Positions 20,295 through 36,400 of a stretch of DNA of 64,000 bases are shown piece by piece. A program made the translations under genes and the position numbers. The notes beneath the pieces were generated by a model. The model was not told where the DNA came from and made no database searches. It saw nothing but the letters and a program-made list of their open reading frames with translations. This DNA comes from Piromyces finnis finn (lineage: Eukaryota; Fungi; Neocallimastigomycota), in the NCBI GenBank assembly GCA_002104945.1, contig MCFH01000073.1, forward strand, positions 62,001 to 126,000, in the 5' to 3' direction. Position 1 is the stretch's first letter. Each line of letters opens with the position of its first letter.

Positions 20295-21384
20295 TTTATA
20301 TATAAATGAATTTTTAATTTTTTCTTTTAAATATGAAAACAAAAAATTATTTAAGTTTTTTTTCCACTTTTAATTTTCAATAGTTTACATATTTAATATT
20401 TTCTTTTTCTTTTTGCAATTTGTAAGCATTTTTATTCTATCAAGTATAAACCATTCCTTTTTCCTTTTTTTTTTAATTTTTATAGATTAAATTTTTTTAT
20501 ATGCAAGAAAATCATGTGATCACATCAATAAATTTTGATTAAATTTAATAAAAAAAATATGTATAATTTAAAAAAAAAATATCAATTTTACAGAATTTTT
20601 TTTTTTTTTTTTTTTTACAAATATTTATATTTATATTAAACTTTGTAAAAAGAAAAAAAAGGTAATATTAAGTAAGGAAATAAAGCTCTATTAATATTAA
20701 AAAACAATCAGTATTATACTCTATACTATTCAATAGATATATCATTCAAGTTTTAAAATATTAAAATTGTATTTAATACTTGTTCCTGTTTTTTCATAAA
20801 ATTTTGAAAAGAAAAAAAATATCGTTAACATTCCATTTTACATCTATTCAGAAAATTAAATTTATTAAAAAAAAAAAGGATTTTAAAAATAATAAATTAA
20901 TGAGGAATCTTGACTTTATTTTTTTTTTTTAAAAAAAAAAATAACAAAAACGAAACAAAAATCATTTATATTTGAAATTAAAATGTTTCATTTTATATAA
21001 TTTATAAATTAATTAGTAACTAACTTTTTTTTTTTTTTCTTCTTCTTTCAAATTAAATCTCATTCTATTTTTTTTTTTTTTTAATAAAAATGAATAATCC
21101 TTAACTTTAAAAAAACATTCAATTTCCAATTTATAAATATATCCATGTTCGATACTATCACTATATTAAAATGTTAAAACTCGTACTAATTATAATTATT
21201 ATGAAAATCCGAAAATTGACATTATAAAATCAAAATTTCAAATTATATTCACAGTAAATATTTAAATAATCAATCTTGACTTTTATCTAAAATAATAATA
21301 TTAATAATAAAAAAATATTTAGTTTTTTTTTCATCTTTTCACTAATTATATAAATATTTATATTACATTAAGGAAATATTTAAT

Positions 21385-24169
21385 ATGAGTAATAATTTAA
21401 CACCAATTAAAAAGACTGTTGGTTTTGAACCAACTGAAGAAACAGGAAATGAAGAAGAAAATGGTTTAAATATTAAATACAAAAAGCAAGATTATGGATA
21501 TGATTCATTAAGTGCTTCATTTGAAGAACGTATGTTTAACAGTGACAGCAATCCAATGATAAACAGAATAAAAAGTCCAAATACCAAACAACCAGAAAAT
21601 AATGAAGCTAAAGAAAATGCCAATCCACAAAAAGAACAAAACACTAAGCAACAACAAAAGCAACAACAACAACAAAAACCAAATTTAAATCCAGAAAAAA
21701 AATCACAAAAACAAATGACTAGAGCTGAAAGAAGAGCTTTACAAGTAATTTTTTTTCTTTCAATATTATAAACTTTTTTTTTTAATTAAGCAATGATTAA
21801 TTATTTCATTTAAGAAAAGAACAAATATAAATTAATTAAATAACCAATGTCTTGATTTACCAAAATAATTATTAAATTTATTTTTTTTTCGAAAAATAAT
21901 AGTTCTTTCATTTTAATTATAAAACAATATCTTTTTTTTTTTAATTATAAAATATTATACGATATTCCAAAAATTACATATAACTTTTTTTTTTATTCAT
22001 ATAAACAAAATATTTCTTTTCTTCTCAATTAAATATTATCACTATTATTAATTATTTCATTATATTTTCTTTTATTATTAAAAAGGAAAAGCAAAGAGCA
22101 GCAAAGGCTGCCGCTAAAGCTGCTGCTGGTGGTAATAAAAATGCTTCTAAAAAACAAAACAATAATAATGCATCTCAAGAAAGTGTCAATCAAGTCAAAC
22201 CAGTTCCAGCTCAAATGAGATATGATGATCCAAAGAAGAGAAACAAGGCTGAAAAAAACAAAACTATCAATAGAACTCCAGCTCAAAAGCCAGTTGCTCT
22301 TTTTGCTCATTTAACTCAATATGAAAAAGAAAATGATATAGTAGCTGAATTAAAGGCTCAAGGTTTTATTCACCCAGCTGTCTTAATTTTAGGTCTTCAA
22401 TTTTCTGAATTTATTATTGATGGTGGTAATGCTAGATGTATTGCTATGTTAAATGCCTTTAAGAAGGTATATATATATATATAAACATTCAGTTAATATA
22501 ATAATACCTTTAAAATTTTTTTATGATTTTATCGAAATATAATCTGTTAAAAAAATAGAAATTATTTAATAACATCAAGTAACATCAATTCAAATAATTT
22601 TTATTATTTTTTTTTAAAGGTTATTTCTGATTACAAAACTCCAACTGGTACTTCATTATCTAGACATTTAACTTCACACATTAGTAAGCAAGTTGAATTT
22701 CTTTCAAACTGTCGTACCCTCTGTGGTAGTATGAAGACTGCTATCAGATACGTTAAAACTGAAATTTCTAAATTATCTATTGATTTACCAGATGAAGATG
22801 TAAGTTTTATCATATTTAATAAATAGTAATAGTAGTAGATATAATTATTTAAACCATCCTTTCCTATTTTCCCTTCTTTTTTTTTTTTTTATTTTAGGCC
22901 AAGAGTTTATTATGTGAACTTATTGACAACTTTATAAGAGATCGTATTTACCTTGCTGATAAGATTATTATTACTAATGGTTTAAAGAAGATAAAAGAAA
23001 ATGATGTTATTCTTACCTATTCATAGTAAGATTTTAATTTTTTTTTTTTTTCATAATAAAATCATTCAATTTGAAATAAAATAAACGTTAATTCTTTTTT
23101 TTTTTTTTTAATAAACCTTAAAATCTAGCTCTACTATTGTTAGTGATTTATTATTAGAAGCTCATCAAAAGCAAAAGATCAACTTTTCTGTTGTTGTTGT
23201 TGATTCTAAGCCAAGATATGAAGGTATATTTCTATTCATCCTTAAAAAATTAATAGAACACTATCACCACACCCTGTTCTATAATATTATTATTTTATAT
23301 TACATTGAGAAAATGAAAATTTAATTAAAGCCACATTCACCTATTCTAATTAAATTATAAATATATGATAATAATTATTATTTTAGGTAAGCTTATGCTT
23401 AAGAAATTAGTTGATGCTGGTATTAAGTGTACCTACATTTTATTAAATGGTTTAAGTTTCATGTTACACTCTGTAAGTTTTACTATTTGAATCATTAATG
23501 CATATATATAAAAGAAAGGAATAATTTAAAGGTAGTACAAGACCATCAGTACTTTTATCATTAATTTATAATAAATGAATAATAATAAATCTATAGGTTA
23601 CTAAAGTCATTATTGGTGCTAGTTCTCTCTTATCTAATGGTGCCATTATGTCACGTGTTGGTACTGCTGTTATTAATATGATGGCCTATGACTTTAAGAT
23701 TCCAGTTATGGTTTGTTGTGAAACCTACAAGTTTAGTGAAAGTGTTCGTTTAGATTCCTTTGTTTGGAATGAAATTGGTGATCCAGATGAATTAATTAAT
23801 AATAAAATTGTTAATCCATTAACACAACCACCATTTATTGCTTCCAGAGTTCCAAAAGAACAATCCTCTGATGAAATATTATCAGACTGGCGTGATATTC
23901 CACAATTAAAACTTTTGAATTTACATTATGATGTTACCCCATCAAAATACATTACTATGGTTATTACTGAAATGGGTATGATTCCTTCTACAAGGTAAGA
24001 AAAAAAAAATACCATCTCTATAAGCTATTTTTCCTATTTTTTTTTTTTTTTTTCACAATACTCTATAGAAAGGAAGGATAATTTCTAATATTCTTTTATA
24101 TATATATCTAAATCACTCTATAGTGTTCCTGTTGTTCTTCGTGAAGTTACTGGTATGGGTATGGCTTAA
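21385..24169 (+). CDS. GCD2: Translation initiation factor eIF2B delta subunit; multi-exon
   Basis: IHPAVLILGLQFSEFIIDGGNARCIAMLNAFK, LSRHLTSHISKQVEFL, VMVCCETYKFSESVRLDSFVWNEIGDPDEL and [35 protein letters not shown]. Confidence 0.95.
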
Positions 24170-25312
24170 GTAAAAAAAAAAAAAAAGTGTAATGATGATC
24201 ATTATTTTTCAATCCTACAATATCATAAAAAGATGATAAAGATAATGGTAATGATAAAGAAAAGAAGAAAAAAAAATTATTTTTCCCTCTTTTAATATTA
24301 TTATCAAATTCCTAAATCTTTTTTTTTTTTTATTATGATGATGATGATTATATATAATATATACTCTATTAATACTATTTTTAAAAACCATTTATAAAAA
24401 TTTAAAAAAAAAAAAAAAAAATCTTTATTTCATAAAAATATACTTTTTTATATATATATATATTATTATTATTATATTTCATCAGTTTTTTTTTCCTTAT
24501 TTTCTTTAACCTATTAAAATTAAATATCAATTTAATAAAATAAATAGAAAAAAAAAAAATCATTATGTGCATTATACCTTTTTAAACGATTGAAAGGATA
24601 TTTTTACCTCTTTTTTTTTTTACTTTTAAAATTGATTTAACAATGAAGAAGACTATAATTATTTCTATTCTATTAATTTTTTCTAAGAAGAAATTGTTGA
24701 ATATTCATATATATATATTCCTCCTCTTCATCCCCCCCCATTGAAATAAATACTCTTAAAAATTAAACTCTACCTATTGAAAAAGAAGAAAGGAAAAGAG
24801 AGAACTTTTTTTAATTTTACATAATTTTTTTAAAAAAAAAAAAAGCAAAAACTTTTATTAAAAGTAATAAAACTAAAACCTTAAAACAAAAAAATCTTGT
24901 ATATTATCACTAAAAAAAAAAAAAAAAAATTGTAATTTTAAAGAGTAAAATTTTTATATTTATTAAATAGATTATAGTAGTGAAAATGAACAATAATAAA
25001 ATTGGAATTAAAATTATACTATTAATTATAGAACAATATATATACATTCTTTAATTTTTTTTTTTTTTTTACTTTATGAACTACAAATATATATCTATTA
25101 AAGTGGTTATATACATTAATTATACTTTATAAGTAATAGGACAGATAATGATATTATAGTAAAAATGCTAGGAAGAAGATCACAATAATATTTTTTGAGA
25201 AAATGATTAAAGAATAATAGAATATTCCATTATTCTAATTACAATAATTATATGTAAATTACATCAGTAATAATAGAAAAGAACATAGTTTTAGTTTACT
25301 ATTTTTGGGTGA

Positions 25313-25440
<128 letters not shown>

Positions 25441-28400
25441 GTGTTTACTTTTATTATAACGAATTAATTATGTCTTTTCTTTTTTTCATCTTTTTAGAAA
25501 TACATTGATAACCACAATTTTTTTTATTATTAAAATATTATTTTTGTTTCAATCTTTGTTAATACTATGTAATGAAATAATGAAATATAGAAATTAATTT
25601 CATGATATATATAAATACATTTAAAACTATTTTTTTTATAAATAGCATTACTTTAATCATAATATAGATAAAAAAAAGAGTTAGGTAGAAAGACTAATTC
25701 TATGAAAAAAAGAAGGAATAATAATAATGATATTTATCCATCATCGAAAATCCCTAATCCTACAAAAAAATTTAAGGTTTTTTTATGTACAATTTGATGA
25801 TTTTAATGTAGTAAGTAAACTTCTTTAACCAATCACAATGAAGCTAAATATATAAAAATTTTAATTACTGAATTTTACATAAAAATCATTTACATATTTA
25901 TAAATAATACCTACTACTACTACTACTAATAATAATAATGATTTATTGTTTGTTATTATTGTTAGTTATTATTAGATAATGTTGTTTGTTATTATGGTTA
26001 GTTTTTCATGAATAGCATAGTATGAATAAAAGAAATATTGGTATATGTAATATGATATTGATATTTACTAGAAGTTTTTTTTAAATAAAAAATTTTCATA
26101 TTATTCTTACTAATATTATTCTTTTAAAGAAGAACAAACCAAATAATTCTTTATTTTATTACGTTTCAACCATAATATTAACGTTTAATTATAGTTAGAA
26201 CATGGCAAATCTTTTATTTATATTAAAAAAAGGCTAGAAAATTTAAAATTGTTTTTTTTTTTTCATTTTATTCAATTTCTCCCTTTTCCAAATCCTTTTT
26301 TATTTTTTCATGAATGAAAATCTTTTCTTTGAAATAAATCTTAAAAAAGGACTTTCCAACACCAAAAAAAAAAAAAAAAGATATCTTTTTCTTTTTATTC
26401 TATTTTCATTTTTCATACCATATAACCATATATAAAAGTTTTTTTTTTTTTATAGTATTCTCTTTTAGTTTTATAAAGTCAAAGTTTATGTCTCCTTTAT
26501 TTACCTATCAATATTCCATAAGTTAATATATAAAATAATTATAATTTATTATATATTAATTTAAATATTAATATATATTAAATATGTATTCTCCACCATT
26601 AATATAAATTTATTTTTTGTCATTGCCATTCCATAACAAAAAAAAAAAAGTAACCCAATAATAAAAATGTTGTAAAAAGTACTTTTAAGTTTTTTTTTTC
26701 ACAACTCTATTAATCTGTATGAAAATGAAAAATATAAAATGTAATGCTTTTTTTTTTTAATTCTTTCTAAATATAAACATATGAATTATACAATATAAAG
26801 AGGTTTTCTATAGAAATAATTATTATTATAGATTTTATTGTATATTCTTAATAGGAAATAACATTACAAATAAATAAGCCGCTTTTTTTTTTTTTTTTAA
26901 TTTACTAAAAATTAGATTACCAATACGATTTTATTCTAAAAGTTTATAAAGAATGTTAATTTGCTGTGATAGAAATAATGGTCAGCAAATGAAATTTATC
27001 TGGTAATAAGATTGGCTCAAATTTAAAAAAGTTTTCAATTTGAATAATAAAACTATTGAAAAGTTAAAAAAAAAGTGTACTAAAAATGTACAAAAATTTT
27101 AATAGTTTTCACCAAATAAAGTTTGAATAATTCATACAAAAAAAAAAAAATGTATGAAAGAATTACAGAACTGTATGATATAATATTAAAAGATTATAAA
27201 TATTTAAATACTTTTTCTTTTTATAATATATACTTTTATACTTTTAATCCATTTAAAATATAGAATAATAATAATAATAATAATAAAAAACTAAAAGTTT
27301 ATTTAAAATAAAATGAAACATCATTTTTTATTTTTTTATTTTACATACATTTTTAATAAAAAAATATTTTTTTTTCTTTATTTATGTTTATGTTTATTTT
27401 TAATTTTAACTATATTTGTAAAATTGAATTTTGTTAATTTTAATAGAAAAACGAAAAGCAAAAAATCAAAAGCAGTAAATGCCAATAGTTTTTTTTTTTT
27501 TTTTTATTTTTACACTATAGAATTTTTAAAAATTATTGACTATTTAATATAATAAACAATTATATATAAATTAAAAAGTATAATTATAGTCTTATTTCCA
27601 TTTATATTGTGAAAAACTTTATAAAATACTTTTTATTTTTCTGTAAATAATAAAAGATTTCTTTTTGTAAAGTTTTATTTATTCTAAAAGTTTATAAAAC
27701 TTTATATTTTTTAATATTCAATATTTATATTAGTAATTAAGATTTCTTTTTTTTTTTTTCATTATTAAAAAATAAATTATATTTAGTTTTAATAGTATAA
27801 ATATATAGTATAAGATAATTATAAACCATAAAAATGTATTTTAATATTATATAACTAGTTTTTTTTTTTAAAAATTAAATTAATAATCCTTTTATAGTAA
27901 GTAAAAAAAAAAAATTGGAGCTGCAGCGTGATATATCAATAGTATTAAAAAAAAACAATGTATCCTTTATCTTGTCAATAATTTAATAAATATTTATTTT
28001 GTTGAGTTATAACGATTCTTTTATATAGAGTATTTAGACTTTTATATTTTTAATTATTAAGCTAAATCATTTACTACTTTATTAACATTAAATATTAAAT
28101 TATTCTATTGTAATAATACTTTAACTACTATAACATACAACTGTAATAACCTTTAACATTTTAAATTTATATATTATTCTATTTATATATTTTCAATTTT
28201 TTATTAATATGTTGTGTGTATGTGTATGCTTACAAAAAAAAAGTTTATTATTGTAAAAACGTTATAGGAAAGAATTCTACTTTAATAATTCAAAAAAAAA
28301 AAAAAAAAAAAAAATTTCTTTTTTCTAGTATTAAGTCATGTTCATTCATTTCTTTTGACAAAGAATGAACATGGTTTTAGAATACATTTTCTGATCCACT

Positions 28401-29593
28401 TTTTTCTATTACTACTACTGATTTCTACTACCATTTTTACTCTTTCTCCTTTTCCTCTTTTCATTACTATTTTTACCATTATTTATAGAAATAAACTATG
28501 CTTGTCCACTCTTTCCATAGTGTGGTTTTTTTTTTCTTTTAAATTAAAATTATTATAATTATTTTAAAAGTATCTTAAAATGGATCATTAATTTTTTTTA
28601 AATAGATTAAATCTTTTTTATATTGTTATTGAATAGAATTATATATTCAATTATATTTTAATATATAGTATTAATATTATTATCCATAATTTTGATATAA
28701 AATTTAAATTGAAAATTATAATTATAAATTCTATATTATTATATATAAATAGAATTCATTCAAACTATATTATTATAATATAATTCAATTGAATAAATAA
28801 ATAATAATAAATAATAATAAATAAATAATAAATAATAATAAATAATAATAAATAATAATGATAAATAATAAATCATATTAATTAGAATTATAATATTATT
28901 TATTTATTATTTATTATTAATAAATCTTATTAATAAATTTTAATCAATAATAATAATAATAATAATAAAAAAATAATATAAAATTAAAAAAAATTTTTTT
29001 ATATATAATTCTTTTTTTTTTTTTTTTTTTTTACCTTTATCGCATTACACTATAACAAAAGTTTTCTTTTAAATCTGTATATTCAAGGTAATTTATTTTT
29101 GAAAAAAAGAGAAAACTTTAAAAAAAAATAGGGAAAACAGTGAATATATTTTGTTATTATTTTGTTTATAAAAGTATTGTTAATTATTATCGAAAAGTAA
29201 ATTTTTAAAAAAAACCGAATAAACAAAAGAAAATGTCGCTTATTTTGGTTTTCTTTTTCTGTTTTTTTAAAAGATATTATATAATACAAATAAATAATAA
29301 TAGAAAACTTCCAAAAGTTAATAAAAGAAAAAAAGATTAAAAAAAAAAAAGAAAAAAATTGGTTAATAATATTGTGAACTAATAATACAAAATGTTTAAG
29401 ATATAATAGTAAAATAAAGAAATTATTGTGATGGATAATAAATCTTTTTGATAAATGATCAATATTATTTATCCTAAAAGTATATTATAATATTTTTAGA
29501 TGAAGAGATTTGTTTTTAAAAGATAATAATTTTTATAATTTATAGAAAAAAAGTAAACGAGTGTCAATTTTAAAATTGTAGTATATTTTATAA

Positions 29594-29630
<37 letters not shown>

Positions 29631-29775
29631 TATCAAAAGAGTAAATTATTATAAAAAACAATTAATTAATTTAAAATTTTGTGAAATATTACTGATTTCC
29701 TATTTATTGAATAATAAAATAATAATAATAATAATCTAACTTTTTTTTTCATATAGTATATAATATTTTATAAAA

Positions 29776-31921
<2,146 letters not shown>

Positions 31922-32820
31922 GCTTCTTGCGCATATAAATAAAAAAGAAAAATGATTTTTTGAGCAATAGAAAAAAGGAAAATAAAAAAAAATGAGAGAG
32001 GAAGAATGTTTCTAGATAGGAAAAGTTGATAGATCATGTTAACTTTTATAACCTTTTTTTTTTTTTTACAAAAAATTAATTTTATTTATTGGATAAAAAA
32101 ATTGAACATTTCTCTTTTATTTTTATTTATTTTACCTTTTTCCAAAAAAAAAAAAAAAATAGTGTAATAGATATACCAAAAATTCCATAACAAAAACAAA
32201 ACAAATTCATAAATTAAAAAAATACCAAAGAAATCCAAAAAAACAAAAGCAAAAACAAATGAAGAAACAAACAAAAAAATTTAAAAAATTATTAAAATAA
32301 TCAAACTTATATTTAAACACATAAATATATAAAATAACAAAGAAAAAAATAACCCATAATTATTATGTAATGCATTTTTTTTAATTTTTAAGCAAAAAAA
32401 AAAGAAAAAATTTAAAAAAAAATTAAAAAAAAGTATGTAAAAATTAATGGAAAATATTTATTAAATAATAAAATAAAAAATATAATAATAAAAAAAAAAA
32501 AAAAAAATAGGTGTAAAATGTTGTTTATGGTGTGAATATGTGTAATTTCAGTTTTTATTAAAAAAAAAAAAAAAAAAAAAAAAGATGGGTGTATATTTGA
32601 AAACAATTCATAACAACTACAATAACCAACTTCAAGGTTTAATGAATATTTTAAAGTCTAAAATAGTGAAAAAGTATTCATTTTTTGATAATGTGAGTAG
32701 GTAAAATGAAAGAATAATTTTTATTTTAAATAATAGTTTTGGATTTTATAGGCTATTTTATATATATATATATATTTTATTAAAATGGTAATGCTTTTTC
32801 TTTCTGCGTTCATTGATGTA

Positions 32821-32856
<36 letters not shown>

Positions 32857-33416
32857 CTTCTTGGTTATCCCTGTATAACTTTTTTTTTTTATCAATAATA
32901 GAACCCTTTTTTATCAGCCATACGAAATAGATTTATATAAAAAAAGTTATCAAAAATAGATTTATATATATATATAAATGAATTATTTTTTATTATTATT
33001 TTATTTTGTAATTTTTTTTTTAAATGAAAATACATTATAAGAATTTATTTCAATGTATCTATCTATCTATCTATCTATCTATACACTTTTTTTTCCTTTT
33101 TGATATATGATTAATTTTTATTATTATCATTATTTATTTTTAATAAAATTTATTGGTAAAATACAGAAATATATATATATACACATATATCTAGTGAGTG
33201 TGGGTGAAGTTAAATAAGAATAAAAAATAAAACTAGAAACAACGATAACAAGGATGATGATGATTATATTCTTTTTTTTTTTTTTTTTTTAAATAAAAGT
33301 TTAATTCTATTTTTTTTAATAGGCTAAATTATATATATATTTATTGAGAGAGAGAAAATAAAAATAAAAATAAAAAAAAAAAAAGGGGGGGGGGTGAGGG
33401 AGAGAAGATCAGAAGA

Positions 33417-36400
33417 TCAAGAATTTTCATGAAGATTTGATCTTGAAGTTTGTTTTTTATTCATATTAGAATATCTTTTCTTTTTTGGTTTTGCTGATAA
33501 TGGTGAATTAGGTGTGGGATTATTATTATCACTATTTTTACCTTTATTTCTAACTCTTCCATTGAAGGAATAGGATCTTCCAAGATTTTCTAATCTTGTT
33601 AACTTATCTTTATTTTTTTCACTGTAGGAATTGTTCTTTTTATGTCCTTTTCTTTTAGAATTCTTGTTATTAACATGTCCACTACCATGATGATTTTGAT
33701 TTCGCTTATTTTGGGTAGAAGAGGAGGCTTCATGCTGATGATGATCAATTGCATCAATAGACATGGCTTTTCTTGGCATTCGCGGATTGGATTTGACAAG
33801 ACTACTTTCACTCTTATTATGTAAAAGCTTATTTTGATGATGTTGTCCATGATAATTCTTATTATTATGTCCATTATGTCTGTAGTAGTTGGTATCATTC
33901 CTATTGATTTGAGAATAACTAACGGATTTAAATGGTGGACAATGTTGATCCTTATTACCGTCTTCTTCCTCTTCTTCTTCCTCCACCTCTTCATCATCAT
34001 CATCATCATCTATAGATCCTTCTATATTGGCCATATTATTAAGATCAGCAAAAATACTATCAATTTCTTCTTCATTATCACAGGTTTGAACTTTTTTAAG
34101 AAGTTGCTTGTATTTTTCAATTTCATTATTTATCACTTCATCATCTTCATCATAATAACTTAAATCTTCTTCAAATGGTTGTTCTTCTTCCTCTTCCTCT
34201 TCCTCTTCTTCTTCATCATCATCATCCATATTATTTTCTACTTTAACTTGTTCGTCTTCAACATCAATTTCAATATCATCATCTGCTTTATCTAATTCAG
34301 TAACTTCTCCTTCTTCTTCCTCTTCCTCTTCTTCTTCCCTTCCATCATGAATATTCATTATTTCCTCTTCTTCTTCTTCTTCTTCATTATAATAATCATC
34401 CTCTTGGGATGTTAAAATTTCATCATTACTATCTCCATTTGTCGTATAGTGTACTAAATTTCTATTATAGTTGGATTTTTTATTCTCTTTCTTATCCCAA
34501 TTCATTACATTTTTACTTTTGTTTATATGTTTTATTTTTTTACTTTCTTCATCCTCTTCTTTTTCTTCTCCTCCTACAGGACTATACATTTCTTTTTGAT
34601 CATAATCAGTGAATGATATCTCTGTAGAAAAATCATTTTCTTCTTCTTCTTCTTCTTCTTCACTAGGTTCTATAAAATAATCTTCTTCTTCTTTTCCTTT
34701 TAAATTTCTTTCTTCCATAATTTCATCTGAATTTTCATCTTCATATCCATTATTTTCATTATCATCTTCTGTTGTGTTAAGACCATCATCTATAATTGTT
34801 TTATATATATTCATTATAAAAAAAAAAAAAAAAACATGAATATTACTAACAGTATTATTATCCTTATTTTATTTTTATTTTAATTATTATTTGTTAGTGT
34901 TTTATTTTTTCAAAGTTACTATTTAATATAATCTATCCTATCCATTCTTTTTTATTGGTTTTTATTTTTTTTTTATTTTTTTTTTTTCAATATTTTTTAT
35001 TTATTATAAAACATTATGAAATATTTCAATCAAGATTTAATTATGTTATAGTTTTATTATTTAATTAATAATATCAATATACCATTTTATTTTTTACTAC
35101 TTAAATTTTTAATGAATAGATAGATAGATACGTAATAGCAAATAATAAAGAAATATTTATTTTATTTACCTGAATGGTAATGAAGTGATTTTTTTAAAGG
35201 TTTAGTAACATAATCACCATCATCATTATCTTCTTCCTCTTCTTCCGTTTCTTCAGCATGATTATTTTCCAATTCATCAGCATTTTCTTCATCTTCTGTT
35301 ATGGCTCTGTCACTTAATAAATAATCCTTAAATATCGAATAAATATGTTTAAATCTAAATATTTCTTGGCCAAAATTGATTTTATACTTTTTTAATCCAA
35401 AGATATATGGATAAAATATTTTTTCATTTTGTGGTTTGCTTTTAATCATTATAAATGTTTTTAAAAGTTTTCCATTTATAGTAAAAACAATCTTGTAGAA
35501 AATGTCACTTTCTTCATTCATTTTTTCATTGTCATCATTAAGATTGTAATAACCACATCCGAGAGTATCCCCTTCATGAAGTTTATATTTAATAGAGGAT
35601 ACAAATCGAATAGTTTTAGTTTCATCAATGACATTGGTAACCTCATCATCTAAAGATTCGATTGATTCTAAGAATGGATACATAATATTAGTGGCGTACT
35701 CTTTGTCTGTTGGATCACATTCACTGGCAACAAAATAAATAGTTTCGTTATGATATATTGCTGTATAAATTCTTTCTAATTCTTCAACCATACCAACATG
35801 AATCCATCTTTTTTTTTTTTTTATTTTATTATTATTCATGTATATATGTAAAATGAGATGAATTTAATTAAAAAGTATAAAATTTTTATTATTAATTAAA
35901 AAAAGGGTTTCATCAATAAAATTAAAAATAAATGAAAATATAAAAATTTAAAATTATATAAAAAACATATATATATATATATATATATAAATACATACGC
36001 ATTTTTATCTTTTGGATGACCAAAACCAATGGTTAATTCATAATATTGATTTAAATCATTAGGTATATCAATATCCTTGTTAAATATTGATTCTTCTTCT
36101 TCTGAAGTTTCACTTTCATCGGAAGAATATTTCCAATATTCAAAAAGCTCATATTCATTATCATTTAATTTATTTAATTCAATCGTTGGATCTTCCATGA
36201 TGATTAATGAAACTGGAATACAACCTTCTTGAGGATACTTTAATGGATTTAATGTACTACCAAAATGAATACCACATCCTTGATCAGATGATAAAGAAAT
36301 TGCTGGATACCATTCTTTTTCTGTATCAATTTCGGTGAAAGCAACGCCTAATGGTAAACCATTTTGATAATAACTAATTTCACCATTATCTAAATCAAGG

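Noticed and set aside
20660-20700. AGTAAGGAAATAA resembling the U12 snRNA branch-point recognition region
   Set aside because: Lacks the 5' GCCTTAAAC segment, stem-loops and Sm site.
25795-25871. TGATGA...CTGA possible C/D snoRNA
   Set aside because: Imperfect C box, AT-only guide and weak terminal stem.
27960-27968. U12-type 5' splice-site-like GTATCCTTT (and ATATCCTT on the minus strand at 24594-24601)
   Set aside because: Intergenic, with no flanking exon or U12 branch point; expected by chance.
33417-34814. Stand-alone 465-aa acidic protein gene
   Set aside because: Better explained as the last exon of the ARM-SPRY gene (in-frame phase-1 splice; the ATG lies right after a poly-T tract). 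Not fully excluded without cDNA.
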